DNA of 63,760 bases, filler included, from Pelomyxa schiedti (Eukaryota > Protista > Evosea), in NCBI GenBank assembly GCA_020536535.1. It is 15 parts of 15 records of this genome, joined end to end, with 100 filler letters (N's around TTAATTAATTAA, not from the genome) between each part and the next. Parts side by side here need not be neighbours in the genome. Positions count along the whole stretch, not along the records: positions 10,297 to 16,507 come from JAHLWZ010001436.1; positions 16,608 to 22,415 come from JAHLWZ010001470.1; 13 more parts are not named here. One strand, written 5' to 3'. Positions 10,430 to 21,635 of the stretch are shown one piece after another; within the stretch, counting starts at the first letter, position 1; each line of letters opens with the position of its first letter. Made by a program: the position numbers and the translations under genes. A model generated the notes under the pieces. The model was given only the letters and a program-made list of their open reading frames with translations. It did not search any database and was not told the DNA's origin.

Positions 10430-13129
10430 TCACGACAGCCTCACTCTTCTGGGGCCCAGCCAGTGGTTTGGAGAAAGAAATGAGAGGATGTGATTCACAA
10501 CAGGCAACGGCAACGTACCAATTGGGTGCTGCTCCTCTTTGTTTCCTGCTTGTGACAGTGCCGTGGAATACCTGAGCCAACAGAGGATCACAGTGGCGAG
10601 GACAAGTTGTTTGAACCACCAAGGGAACAGGTTGTGCCTGGATGGGTCCCATGTTGCGGGGTTCTTGAGGTGTGCAAGCTCCACACACTCCCTGCTTCCA
10701 ATCAATAAACTGCGGTGGAAGGTAGACAGGAAGGCCCTGTCAATGTCCACCGGTTCAGGGATCACCATTCCGTGGCACCACAGCAGGTCCACCATCTGTG
10801 GTGAATTGTGCAGGATGGCATTGGCGAGGAGGTGCAGTGGCAAGTGTGGGTTGCAGAATGGAAGGAGTTGCGTTGCAAGGGTCACATTGTTGAGTTTGAT
10901 GACCTCTTCAAACAGGGACACTTGTTGCTTTTCGTCAACAATGATCTCGTGTGGATCAGCTTGGGAGTGCAGCACCAGGTTCAAAACTTCATCCTCCTGC
11001 AATTCCGGGGAGACATGCAAAGAAACGAGTGTGTCAAGAGATTCAGTCAGTGAACTGGTCATCGTTTTCATGAATGGCGACTTCTTTGGGTTGAGCTCAG
11101 GGTCACAGTCACAGTAATACAGATATTTCAACAGATGCGTTGGCACCTTCTTCTGTACCTTTATTGCTGCTCTCTTGGAGGAAGGCAACTTCTGAAGGAG
11201 CTGAACTTCAAGCTCCTCAATATCTGGGGATTCAGGCTGGATGGACTTGATGAACTTCTCCAGGCTCTTTGTAGAGGAACCAGAAGAGGAAAAGATGAAT
11301 GCCTTGGCTCGATGACCAAGGGGGGTTCTTTTCAGTGAGGGAACCATTGCTGCAACCAAAAACAGGGATGAAATTATTGTGCCTGTCTGAAGGATGCATT
11401 CTGTTAGATTTATTGCTGAGATGTATGCTGAGTGCTCTCCCATAATACACACTTGAGCCTTATCTTCAGTGACCCTAATAACCTGGTACCAGTTCTCTTC
11501 ATCACGATAAGCCCTCTTTTTACTCAATGTGAATTCTTCATTCTGCAAAACACTCAGTACATCTTCTGCAACAGAAGTAAACCCAGGGAGTCCACTGACT
11601 TTTTTGGAGCATAAATTCAGCATCTGATAGAATGGCCCAAATACTTTGCTCCTTCCATGCTCCACTGGGTCGTGGCACTTGTGAACTGTTGCATGGAGCA
11701 CATCCCTCACAGATTCCGCAGTTGTCAGGCATTTCATCAGTTGTTTCACAGAGAACAGGCTTTGTAAAACCTGAGGAGACCCAGGCTCGCATGCAAAAAG
11801 GAGGGCACTCGTGACAAGTTTCTCAGGAATTGTTCCATTTGAGAGGGCGACTGGGATGAGAAGAAGGGAAGCTGCAGCCCGGAGAGGTTGAACATCTTCT
11901 TGTGTGGGACGTGAATTGAGAAAATTTCCAGAAAACTGGAGGAGGAGCTGGTGGGCTTGGCAGTCAACCAAGCACAACACAGTGAGACTCCACAGGATTT
12001 CACCAACAAAGCTGGCTGTGGAGGAGAACGGAAGTTGTGTTTGTGTTATCACCTTTGCACACCTCTCCCAGGAGCGCAAGATGGCTGTTACCAACGGAAC
12101 TGTGACATTCAGTTTGATCAAGTGTAAAACGTTGGATGGCATTGCCAGCAATGTGTCCCACCCCTCCAGCATTCTCAGAATTGAGTACCTATCCTGAGAG
12201 ATTTCCTCCAGGTCAGACGCATACCGTGTTGTGACTTTCTGAACAAATTGTGGAAGTGTGGCAATCAGGCAGACACAACAGATCAAAAGCCTGGAAGACC
12301 AAGGAGCTGTGAGATACCTCCTCTCAACGATTGCTTGTAACTTCCCCTCAAGCGGAGGAACCAGCTCAGAGTATTGCGGTTTTTGCAGGAATGGAAAGAG
12401 GCCAATAACACCCTTCCTCAGAGAAGGCTCCCTTTCAACAGCCAAATCCAACACTTCTCCAAGGAACGCACCCACCACGCCCGAGATCACAGTCGAGGTT
12501 TTCCTCACAAGGTTGGAGGAAAACGCCAAGAGCAACTGCTCAGTGCAGGCCAGAACCAGGGCGCCGCGGTCCCTGACAGGCTTCGACCTGTCGAGCATCA
12601 CCAAGAGGTCCTCCCACCTGTTGAGCGCGCACTCCACCCTCACGAGCACCTCCACCAGCACGGCCCCGTTGTCGCCGCTCTCGCGGGGCATCTTCCACCC
12701 CTCCGTGGGGTTCATCACTTGGTCCAGGCAGATCCTCGCCGCCGCGGCGAGGAAGGCGGCCTTGCCTTCGCCCAGAAGAATAACCTCGCTGCCGTGTGGG
12801 TACTTGCGCAGGAAATTCGCGAGGGTTTCGGCGTGGATCAGCTTGATGGGCAAGTCAAGGGCAGGTGTCACAAACGACGCCATCATCCCCCAAGCAGTCT
12901 CCCCCTCGGTCAAATGCCCACCTGTTGTGAACGCGATTTCCTCTTCGTCGTTGGACTCCTCTACTTCCTGCTCCTCGTGTTGCTCTTCGTAATCGCCGTC
13001 GTACTCGTCGTCATCGAATTGTGGGTTCAATTCGATTTGACGCAACAACTCAACAACCTCGCTTGGAGTAGCGCCATCACCTTCTGTGTTGAATGCCGCG
13101 GGCCTCGTACCATCATCGCCTTCTTTCAT
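10430..13129 (-). CDS. 899-aa intronless hypothetical helical protein with ankyrin-like repeats and a C-terminal F-box-like helix
   Basis: Long uninterrupted ORF with an acidic N-terminus. Contains LANAILHNSPQMVDLLW (ankyrin-like) and C-terminal GTLPLPVVNHILSFL (F-box-like). Confidence 0.75.
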   Translation of the reverse strand: MKEGDDGTRPAAFNTEGDGATPSEVVELLRQIELNPQFDDDEYDGDYEEQHEEQEVEESNDEEEIAFTTGGHLTEGETAWGMMASFVTPALDLPIKLIHAETLANFLRKYPHGSEVILLGEGKAAFLAAAARICLDQVMNPTEGWKMPRESGDNGAVLVEVLVRVECALNRWEDLLVMLDRSKPVRDRGALVLACTEQLLLAFSSNLVRKTSTVISGVVGAFLGEVLDLAVEREPSLRKGVIGLFPFLQKPQYSELVPPLEGKLQAIVERRYLTAPWSSRLLICCVCLIATLPQFVQKVTTRYASDLEEISQDRYSILRMLEGWDTLLAMPSNVLHLIKLNVTVPLVTAILRSWERCAKVITQTQLPFSSTASFVGEILWSLTVLCLVDCQAHQLLLQFSGNFLNSRPTQEDVQPLRAAASLLLIPVALSNGTIPEKLVTSALLFACEPGSPQVLQSLFSVKQLMKCLTTAESVRDVLHATVHKCHDPVEHGRSKVFGPFYQMLNLCSKKVSGLPGFTSVAEDVLSVLQNEEFTLSKKRAYRDEENWYQVIRVTEDKAQVCIMGEHSAYISAINLTECILQTGTIISSLFLVAAMVPSLKRTPLGHRAKAFIFSSSGSSTKSLEKFIKSIQPESPDIEELEVQLLQKLPSSKRAAIKVQKKVPTHLLKYLYYCDCDPELNPKKSPFMKTMTSSLTESLDTLVSLHVSPELQEDEVLNLVLHSQADPHEIIVDEKQQVSLFEEVIKLNNVTLATQLLPFCNPHLPLHLLANAILHNSPQMVDLLWCHGMVIPEPVDIDRAFLSTFHRSLLIGSRECVELAHLKNPATWDPSRHNLFPWWFKQLVLATVILCWLRYSTALSQAGNKEEQHPIGTLPLPVVNHILSFLSPNHWLGPRRVRLS

Positions 13130-13198
13130 TTTTTAATTTTGATTTGGCTTTGATCTCCCCTTGCACTTCCGTGATGCGTTCGTTCGAAAATTCAAAAT

Positions 13199-13288
13199 GG
13201 CTGAATAAAAAACTCACCAGACCGCCCGATCCTGAGCGATGATAAGGAAAATGACAGCGTTCCGGTCTGTTGATTATTTTATTCAGCC
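13199..13288. mobile_element. 90-bp MITE-like element with 26-bp imperfect TIRs and AAAT target-site duplication
   Basis: Left end GGCTGAATAAAAaactcaccAGACCG versus reverse complement of the right end GGCTGAATAAAAtaatcaacAGACCG (3 mismatches). AAAT flanks both sides (13195-13198, 13289-13292). A second copy lies at about 57.75 kb. Confidence 0.75.
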
Positions 13289-13290
13289 AA

Positions 13291-13827
13291 ATGAAAGAAT
13301 GTGATGGTGCACCCAATACCCTCCTTCCAGTGATCACCCGCGTGGACCCATCGCGGTCGGTCTCGTCACAGTTCCACTCCCTCACGATGCTGACACACCC
13401 ACGGTGCGGCCTCGGCCGACACGGCGCCCGTGCTCGCGGCCGCGGCCGCTGCGTGCGCGGCCCCCTCGCCATCGCGGGGCCGTGGCTGGCCGTCGCCATC
13501 AGGCTCGTGTGGGACTGGGTCTGCAACGAGGCTCCGATAAAGTGCGTCAGCCTCCGGGTGTCCACCGAGAGGCGGCGGAAGGGGGTGCGGTGCGAGGAGT
13601 GGGAGGCCCTGTTCACTCTGGCCGTTTCGTCGGCGACTCTTGGGGTGGTCGCCGGGCCCACCCGGCACTGGGCGCGTGGCACTCGCTGGGACAGCCTGGA
13701 GCTCGTCGGGGCGAACAGCAGGCGGTTGGTCGAGTGGAGGTCGGTCTCGGATCCACGGGTTGGGCCTGAGAGCGTCAGGATGCTGTGCCTCACTTGGAGG
13801 TCCTCCCTGCCTACACACACATCGCCA

Positions 13828-13885
<58 letters not shown>

Positions 13886-13985
13886 NNNNNNNNNNNNNNN
13901 NNNNNNNNNNNNNNNNNNNNNNNNNNNNNNNNNNNNNNNNNNNNNNNNNNNNNNNNNNNNNNNNNNNNNNNNNNNNNNNNNNNNN

Positions 13986-14043
<58 letters not shown>

Positions 14044-14957
14044 TAGGCAGCTGCAACTTGGCAGATGTAAGTGGTGAGTGTGAGTGTGAATTGAAGGAGA
14101 GAGTTGATGGGCGTTGTTCTGGCAGTTACTGTGATCAGGTTTTGCTGTCTGGCCATGCTTTGCACTTATGTTTGAACCGCAAGTGGTTGTTGGCTGTCAT
14201 TCATGATGGTCATTGGCGGCGGAAGCACATTGTTGTTGCGGACCTTCAGAGCGAGGGTAAACCAGCAAAGATCATCCCCCTCCCAAGTTTATTCAAGGAA
14301 AAGACTCTGTGGGGACTTTTTCTGGACGAGTACAATTGTGATGAAGCACTGATTGTTATGCATAGTGAGGTGGGGGTTGTTGCAGAAGTTTATGTTGTGA
14401 ATGTGCCGCTGTTGTCTTCTTCCCTCAATGATATTGATGCCTTCAGTCCCATCAGTTGCACACGGTGTTTGTTTCCTCAGGCAATATATCACATTGATAA
14501 GTGGATAGTGCTGTGGACAGAATCACACAATAGAGCTTTCATTGCCAAGGGGCGTGGGCAGAACCCGAGATTTGTTCTTCACTATGCTGAGGCCACCACT
14601 GACCCAGCTTCTGTGGTGCGCAATCAGGAGGTTCTCCACACAGGGCAGTACTGTGGTTCCAGACTGGAACTGTCACAACTGAGTGACAGGTTGTATTGTA
14701 TCTCAACAGAGAGTAAAGTTGCTGGATTACCCAACTTCGAAATCTGGGACTGCAACATACCTTCACACCCACTCAAAGTTGTTGAATGCACCAAGGACAC
14801 TACCTGTGAGCAGACGCTATTTGGGCATGCTGGATTATTATTCCATGTGAGGGGTAACCGAATTCTTGTCAGTGATTATGAGTCTGGCACAAATGTGGCC
14901 GTTCTCACTTGGAAAAGTGAGGTTAAGAGACACACAGAAGTGACACTGTTGATGTGA
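13291..14957 (+). CDS. Lineage-specific THPRCG / beta-rich family protein, copy A (poly-Ser tract spans a gap)
   Basis: N-part MKECDG...LTHPRCG...IRLVWDWV...LAVSSATLGV. C-part NRKWLLAV...EIWDCN...GLLFHVRGNRILVSDYESGTNVAVL. Both frames read the TCATCG repeat as Ser on their side of the gap. Confidence 0.7.
13828..14043 (+). repeat. (TCATCG)n microsatellite interrupted by a 100-N gap
   Basis: Pure hexamer repeat on both sides of 13886-13985. Confidence 0.95.
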
Positions 14958-15381
14958 CTGCCACTCCCACATCCAGGCTTCATCAATACCAACCGCATCA
15001 CCAAACATACACAACTTGAAGCCACGGTCACACCACCAAGAGTCACGAAGAACCTCCCTTGCACGCCTTTCCTCGGGGCCAACTTCCCCCTCTCGCCGCT
15101 GCTATGCATCTTCCTCTTTTAAAGGAAAGTTACTTTCCTCGTGTTTCTGCTGGTCGGTGGCGTCTTCGTTTTCGTTGTTGTTGGTATCGCGTACTCCACA
15201 CAATGTGGTTCGTTTCGAGACAAATGGGAGCCGCGCCCGTCGGAAAAAAGGTCTCTGAATAAAAAATGATGTACATCCCAAGGCAGTGTTCATTATGGTA
15301 TTAGGTACCTTCTCTCGACAGAGTCAGAGGGTACAACTGTAAGCACGGCTGGGTTTTTTTCGATAATCCACGACAAGTAAG

Positions 15382-16507
15382 ATGCACAGGACATCGATGG
15401 TGCGTGTAAGCGGGATGGTTCGGGCCCAGGACCAATTCTGTGCACTGGCCACCGGTGCACTTGTTTGTAGGTGTGGGAGCAACAGCCCCGCGAGTCATGC
15501 GTGGTCCCCTGCTTCGATGGCATCGCTGCGTGAGTTTGGCATGTCCTGGGTGCTGTGCGTATGCAGGGATGTTGGCATCACACTGCTTCCGGAAGCGGTG
15601 GGGGAGAACGGGGGTAACAAGATGACGAAAGGGTGGTGTGACAGTGGGCTTCATGTTTCCATTGGGGTGTCCCTTACTTTGGGTACTGTGTACTGTGACT
15701 GCTGGGCGAACTGGCCAACTGCTAGGTGCGAGGCCTTGTGCTACATAAAAGGAGTCATTGGCGGCAATAGAATGGCAATGTCTGGGGCTGACACAAGAGG
15801 AGACATGAGAGTAATTGAGGCACATCATAGGAATACAGTGGAGTGCCTTCCATGGAGAGGGTGTTACTGCCTCTTCGAATGCAGTCCACACTGGATAGTA
15901 ATGAAAACAAACAATGAACTAGAGCTATGGAAGGTACACAATGGTGAAATCCAACACCCTCCACGTGTGGTGTCTAATGTGCACTTCCAAGAAGAATTTA
16001 CATTAAGATATCTGTGCCTCAAAGGAAATATTCTGATTATGTGGGGGGACAACTGTGCAACAGCAGAGGGCAATTCAAGCACAGTACTGTTTATTGACTT
16101 AAAGAAGACCTTCTCTGACTCTAGCCTGGCTGTTATTCAGCAGTGGAAGTTCCCAAATGTCTACAGCTGGAACGTTATTCCCACCACCCCATTGTGCACT
16201 TTACCAAACAGGAGGCGAGGGCAAACCAGCATGGAAGTAGCTATTCACCTCAGTACAGAGAATACCCGAACCCACACATTTGACAAATGTGATGATGTCT
16301 TGTTTGCCAGTGACGATCACATTTGGGTTGTGAACAAGGGGCCACCAATAACAAACAAGTGCTACTACATTGGTGACCTGGAAACACCTATTTTCAGTGT
16401 TCCTGGAGCCCAGATAGTGGCGACACCTATTCTCTACAGACAAGGCGTGATTGCTCTGCACACTGCTCCAGATCAACTTGTGATAGTAGACGCAGCAACC
16501 GGTTTAA
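15382..16507 (+). CDS. Beta-rich family protein, copy B (3'-truncated by contig end)
   Basis: QFCALATG...RCGSNSPA...LREFGMSWVL...IGVSLTLG, SPHWIVM, LFIDLKKTFSDSSLAVI, VIVDAATG. Lies in tandem with copy A. Confidence 0.7.
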
Positions 16508-17313
16508 NNNNNNNNNNNNNNNNNNNNNNNNNNNNNNNNNNNNNNNNNNNNTTAATTAATTAANNNNNNNNNNNNNNNNNNNNNNNNNNNNNNNNNNNNN
16601 NNNNNNNCACACTCCCTTTTTATCCCCTTACAACAACGACCAAACAAACAAGAGAACCCTTTATTCTCTTCACTCTCACTCGTTTTCTTCCTCTGTGGGA
16701 CTTATTCTCGAGCCCACAGAAGCTAACAGGAGGCTGGTGATTGTGGGTGCTTGTGTGTGCTGGTATCTGCTGGTGCCTGTTGAGTGCCTGCTGCTGTGGA
16801 GTGCTGGGGTGTGCAAGCAGTGCCTGGAGAGGATGGCTGGCTGCTAGTTGGTGCTGGTGACTGTCATTGAGTTCTAGCAGCTGATGCAGAGTCTGGCCAA
16901 GTGCTGGCAGCTGTTGCAGGGGCTGTCTGAGTGCTGACAGCTGTTGACAAGTGATGGGTTGCAGGCACCTATCAATGATACCTGGCTGCTGGGGGGGTAC
17001 TAGTTGGAAACTATTGTTCATTTCTAGCCACCTATGGGGGTTCCACTGAGTGCTGGGTGGTGAGTACCATTGAGTGTTGGTACCTGTTGGTAACAGCTCT
17101 GCAGTGTTGGTACCTGTTGGGGTCTTGGAAGTTGCTGGACACACCAGCTGCTGACTGTGGACTGTTGCAGGTCTGTGCTATGTGTAGGGATCTGCTGGTG
17201 AGTCATACTCACTGTGGGCTGCTGCATGTAGGAGCTGGTGCATGCTGGCTGCTGGCTGCAACTTCGATGTGTGTGGAGTTGCTGAATTGCTTGAGGCTGT
17301 TGGCAGCTTGATG

Positions 17314-18110
17314 CTACCCTATTGTAGATGGTTGCTGCCCTGGGTGAGTACTAGATTGTGTTATTGTGTGTAAAAGACATCTTGTTGTCCCAGTTGCACC
17401 ACCCCCCAGAGTTGTTGAGTACTGTGAAATGAAGGTCACATTTGGTTCAATGAGCTCTGTTAAGATACTGAGGGTTGGGTGACAAGTGGAAGTGTGGGGT
17501 TCATTGTCAGTGTGACAACTTTTGCACACACTCTCCCAACAAGGGTAGTTAAGGCTGGGGTGTCTTTCCACAAATTATCAATCAAAGACTGACACTCAGC
17601 AGAAGAAAACTGAGGCATCAACTTACACAAGGCCACAACAAGGGCAGCTTTGAAAAACCCTCCCAAGGAGAAACAGGTCTGAGTGGCCACAAGCCAGAAC
17701 GCTTCCAGGCTTTTTGAATGAGGTCTGGAATCATGGCATATTGAAAGGCCTGTGCTGTGGCAACAAGTAACTTTGCTCTTTTTCTTGGACCATCATCTCC
17801 TTCTTCAGGTGTATAGTTCTCATTCAGCTTCTTTTTCAAAACTGAAAGGAATTAAATCCATTTTTTACTGAATTTGGGAAGTTTGGCCATGTTGTGACCA
17901 TCATTAGCCCAAAGAGTATTGAGGTGGATCTTGGTTTTGCAAGGTCATAATTACCATTGTCTGCAAATTTGGTAATCTCAACAGCAATATGTTGTTCTTC
18001 TTCCTCAGTGAATAAGCAAGGTTGGCCCTGATGTTGCTGCAATCAGGATGGTAAGGAACTCTGGGGTGACTAAAGACCCTTTTGGAGGAAGGAAATGTTC
18101 CAGTTTATAA
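17314..18110 (-). pseudogene. Degenerate pogo/Fot1-like (CENP-B HTH, DDE_1) transposase remnant
   Basis: Frameshifted pieces: GQPCLFTEEEEQHIAVEITKFADNG (HTH-CENPB-like), DLIQKAWKRSGLWPL (end of DDE_1) and Cys-rich CWESVCKSCH. The DDE core was not clearly seen. Confidence 0.5.
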
Positions 18111-18526
18111 CGACTGATACCATTCAGCTTACGTGAGTAACATGATGTGTTACAACTAAAATTATTGCTTTTTCCAATGGGTCAGTATCTTTGTTTACAT
18201 TAGTTTACATATTTATATTTATAATACTGGAATAGCCATCATAAACTGTTCTGCCTCACCCTTTTGGGTTTGGCCTTTCCAAACTCACTGTGGAACTGTA
18301 GTGGTTGTTCTACCACTGGTGAAAGTGCTGCATATTTAGACAATTGAACATCCCACTCTTGCTCCAACTCTTGGTGCTGTTTTGTCATCAATGTGTGCTT
18401 TATGCTTTGTTTCATGTTATGCAAGTCCTTGTGAATCACTTTGCACACATGTTGGTTGCCATGCACTGCACACTTGCCTTTACCCATGATTGTGCCTGGT
18501 TGTGTGAATGTGCCTGGGTGTGTATT

Positions 18527-18815
18527 AGTGTGTGCCAGTGCCTGTGCCTGTGCCAGTGCTTGTGCCTGTGCCTGTGCCTGTGCCAGTGCCAGGGCCAGTG
18601 TCTGCGCCAGTGCCAGTGCCAGTGCCTGTGCCTGTGCCTGTGCCAGTGCCAGTGCCAGTGCCAGTGCCTTCGCCTGTGCCTGTGCCAGTGCCTGCGCCTG
18701 CACCTGTGCCAGTGCCAGTGCCTGCGCCTGTGCTTGTGCCTGTGCTTGCACCTGTGCTTCTGCTTGTGATTGTGCTTGTGCTTGTGCTTGTGTCTGTGCT
18801 TGTAGTTGTAGCTAT
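18527..18815. repeat. (AGTGCC/TGTGCC)n degenerate hexamer satellite, possibly inside a Gly/Thr-rich ORF (18525-19346, minus)
   Basis: The hexamer array leaves several frames open (GT, VP, CA, QA dipeptides). Coding status is unresolved. Confidence 0.85.
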
Positions 18816-19447
18816 GCCCACACCTGTACTCACTACTATGTGTGTGTCAGAGTTAACACCTATCCCCACATGGCTTAGACCTGGGTCCACAGTGGTGGCG
18901 TTGTCACCTGTTCTCACATCTTTGTCCACTGCTGCACAGATGCCTGTGTGCACTCCAGTGCCAACACTCAAGCTCACACTATGATTTATGCCTGTGTTCA
19001 CACTTGCCCCTGATCTGGCATTCAAATTAAAACCCACACTAGGCTCCATTCCTGTGCCCACACCTGTACCCACACTTGTGGAGCATGCTCCTTCTCCTGT
19101 GTGCATACTGGTGGCTATTACTGTGCCCACACTCGTGGCTGTTGCTCCTGTGCCTACAATAGTTCCCACACCCATGCCTGCAATAGTGCCCACATATGTG
19201 TTTGTCACATCACATGCCCCAACATGGTGGTTGCCCGCCAAACTACCATCACAAATGCCATCACCACACACCTCGGTGGGCGATTTAGGTTTTAGTGCTC
19301 TAATCATATTCTTGCTCTCAGAACGAACAACAGAGAAACCTTCCAAGGAATTCGCGGCATTTCATCAGAAATTGTAGGCGCGCATAACTCGTGTCACAGT
19401 GAAGTGACACGTACACTGAGTGAATAATAAATCGAACCACACCAATT

Positions 19448-21635
19448 ATGGGACAGAATTTCTCCTCCAACCCATATGAGCCTGGTTCAGAGGCCGAGAG
19501 GTTCGCACGTTGCACACTGGAACACATCAAGTCACTCAGGGAAGCAGAGGGGTCATTATGGGCCAGGCTCATGAGGGCATGTGTCAAGGGTGATGTGGCC
19601 AAAATCAGGGCCGCCGCTGAATCTGTTCCGGTTGGTAACGAACGCCAAGTTGTGGCCCAACGGACGTTAAGTTGAAACCCATTTCCCCCAATCAGCATAT
19701 GAAAATTAATAGTTATTGCCAATTTGCAATACGGTTATATATATTCATCCTTACTGTTGTACAGCCCTCATCTCAGAAATGAGAATGTGATACACATTTG
19801 CGCCCATCTGGGGCATCTGGAAGGAATGAATGCGATTCTCGACACATGGACTTCCAGACCACCCTTCAACACGATGGCACCGAAAGCTGATGTAATGAAG
19901 TGGCTGGTGAATAGCGTGTCCAGCGATCACTTTACGCCACTTATCATTGCGGTCAGAAATGGACACACTGATATTGTGGAATGCTTGCTTACTGAGTGGC
20001 ATGCTGATACTATGTACTGTGACCAACGTAGTGGTGAAGACCACTTCTTCAACTGTAATGTGCTTCATTTTTGTGCACAAAACAACCAATACAAGTGTGC
20101 CGACTTGATCCTTTCGTCTTGTGATACCTCGATAAAGCTTTCCCTGCTACAATGCCTTGGAGTCAGGAAAGGGCTGTATGAATACGGGAAGACCCCGCTG
20201 GAAATTGCAATCCTTTCCGACGGCTGGGATGTACCCGGTTCCCAGTTGAAAACAATTATGGCAATTGCCAATCCCAAGTGGGAGCAGCCTGTGCTATCTG
20301 CAATGGAGAAGAGGAAGCCTCTCAAATTTGCTTTTGCTAGGTTAAGTCATGGGGAACAAATACTCGAATATCTCTGCAGTGTCTTCAGTGAAGGATTGGG
20401 GGAGGCGCTGATCATTGCACGATCCCGCCACAGAAGATTTCTTCTGAATCATCCAAAGCTCCCTGGTGTTATAAACCAGCAGGTTCAATTCCATGACGGA
20501 ACTCTCACACCGTTGTACTTTTCTGTAGCTAAGGGATCACTCAAAATGGTGATACAACTCCTTACCGTTGGTGCAGACCCAAATGTGGTCTGCGAGCATA
20601 ACGTGTGTTGGGCTCTTATACACCAGCTTCACTATGACGATCGAGGTGACAGACCAATGACCCTTGCGGTTGCCACCAACCAAAAAGATATGGTGCGAGA
20701 AATGGCACGCTGTGGGGGTATCCTCACCCCTGAATTTTGCAGGGATTGGAGCAACAATGACCCAGTTTTTTCACTTGCAAGTTACCTCAATGGTACTTTT
20801 TTAGTGGTATTCATCACCTGTTTATTCTAACTTTTTCTAGGGTCATGGGAGGAACACCTAAAATCGCTCTCTACATACAAGGCCTCTCTTCCCGTAACTC
20901 CACGCTCTAAACTCTGTGCTTCGATGCCTCTGTCTGATTCTTTGGTTACTGCGGCAGAATTTATGTGCTAATCTCCGTTCTCATTTTTTTTTTCTTATCC
21001 CCATCATACCATTCCCAGTGTGAATGAATCCATCACATCCATGATGATTCAGTACAAGGCTGAAATTACCGGAGTTCTGGAGCTGCTTGATATTGAATCA
21101 CTGGGGAGGATACAACAGACTTCAAAATTTTGGTGAGTACATCCCCTTGTGCGCCACACTCACTTTCATTCAAACATATTATTAATGTTGAGGTATCAAA
21201 TGGGTCGAGCCAACTCCCTGTGGAAGGTTACGTTTCCACTTTTGCAGTCTCTTTACTTTATTCATTCACCCCAGAGTGCCCTGTTGAACACCAGCATGAA
21301 ATGGGGAAGAAAATTCCGGAATCAACTTATTCTCAGCACCCGTCTCCTTGACGATGGTTCCACCAAGGTTCCCTCCTTCTTCATTCATTTCCACAACTCA
21401 TAAACACACCCCACAGTGGAAGCATGCTGCCTTCTTCTGGATGGCCCGTAACGTATGTCTCAAGTGCGGGTACAAATACAGGCGGTGTGAGACGACCTAC
21501 TGTGCACCCCCTGGGCTGTTTTTTAACATTACAATCGATGTCCATAAGCCTGTTCCCAAGTATGTCTACAAAGAACTCCATCATTTCTCGGCCGTGTTGC
21601 GGTCATTGAGAAAGAATAAGAAAAATGAGGAATAG
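19448..21635 (+). CDS. Ankyrin-repeat protein with possible N-myristoylation site and a downstream F-box-like segment; 3' exon structure uncertain
   Basis: MGQNFS start; NVIHICAHLGH, FTPLIIAVRNGHTDIVECLL, GKTPLEIA and TPLYFSVAKGSLKMVIQLLTVGADPN. The segment ITGVLELLDIESLGRIQQTSKFW lies near 21060-21135. Confidence 0.7.

Noticed and set aside
13216-13275. Resemblance of the MITE core to a TPP riboswitch 3' half or U3 box B / C-D motifs (CCTGAGCG, GATGAT, ATGACAGCGT)
   Set aside because: The other required elements (the TPP CUGAGA arm, terminal C and D boxes) are absent. The TIR plus TSD explanation fits better.
18239-18984. Overlapping Cys-rich, QA-rich and VP-rich ORFs resembling metallothionein or structural proteins
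   Set aside because: They are by-products of a stop-free hexamer satellite read in several frames.
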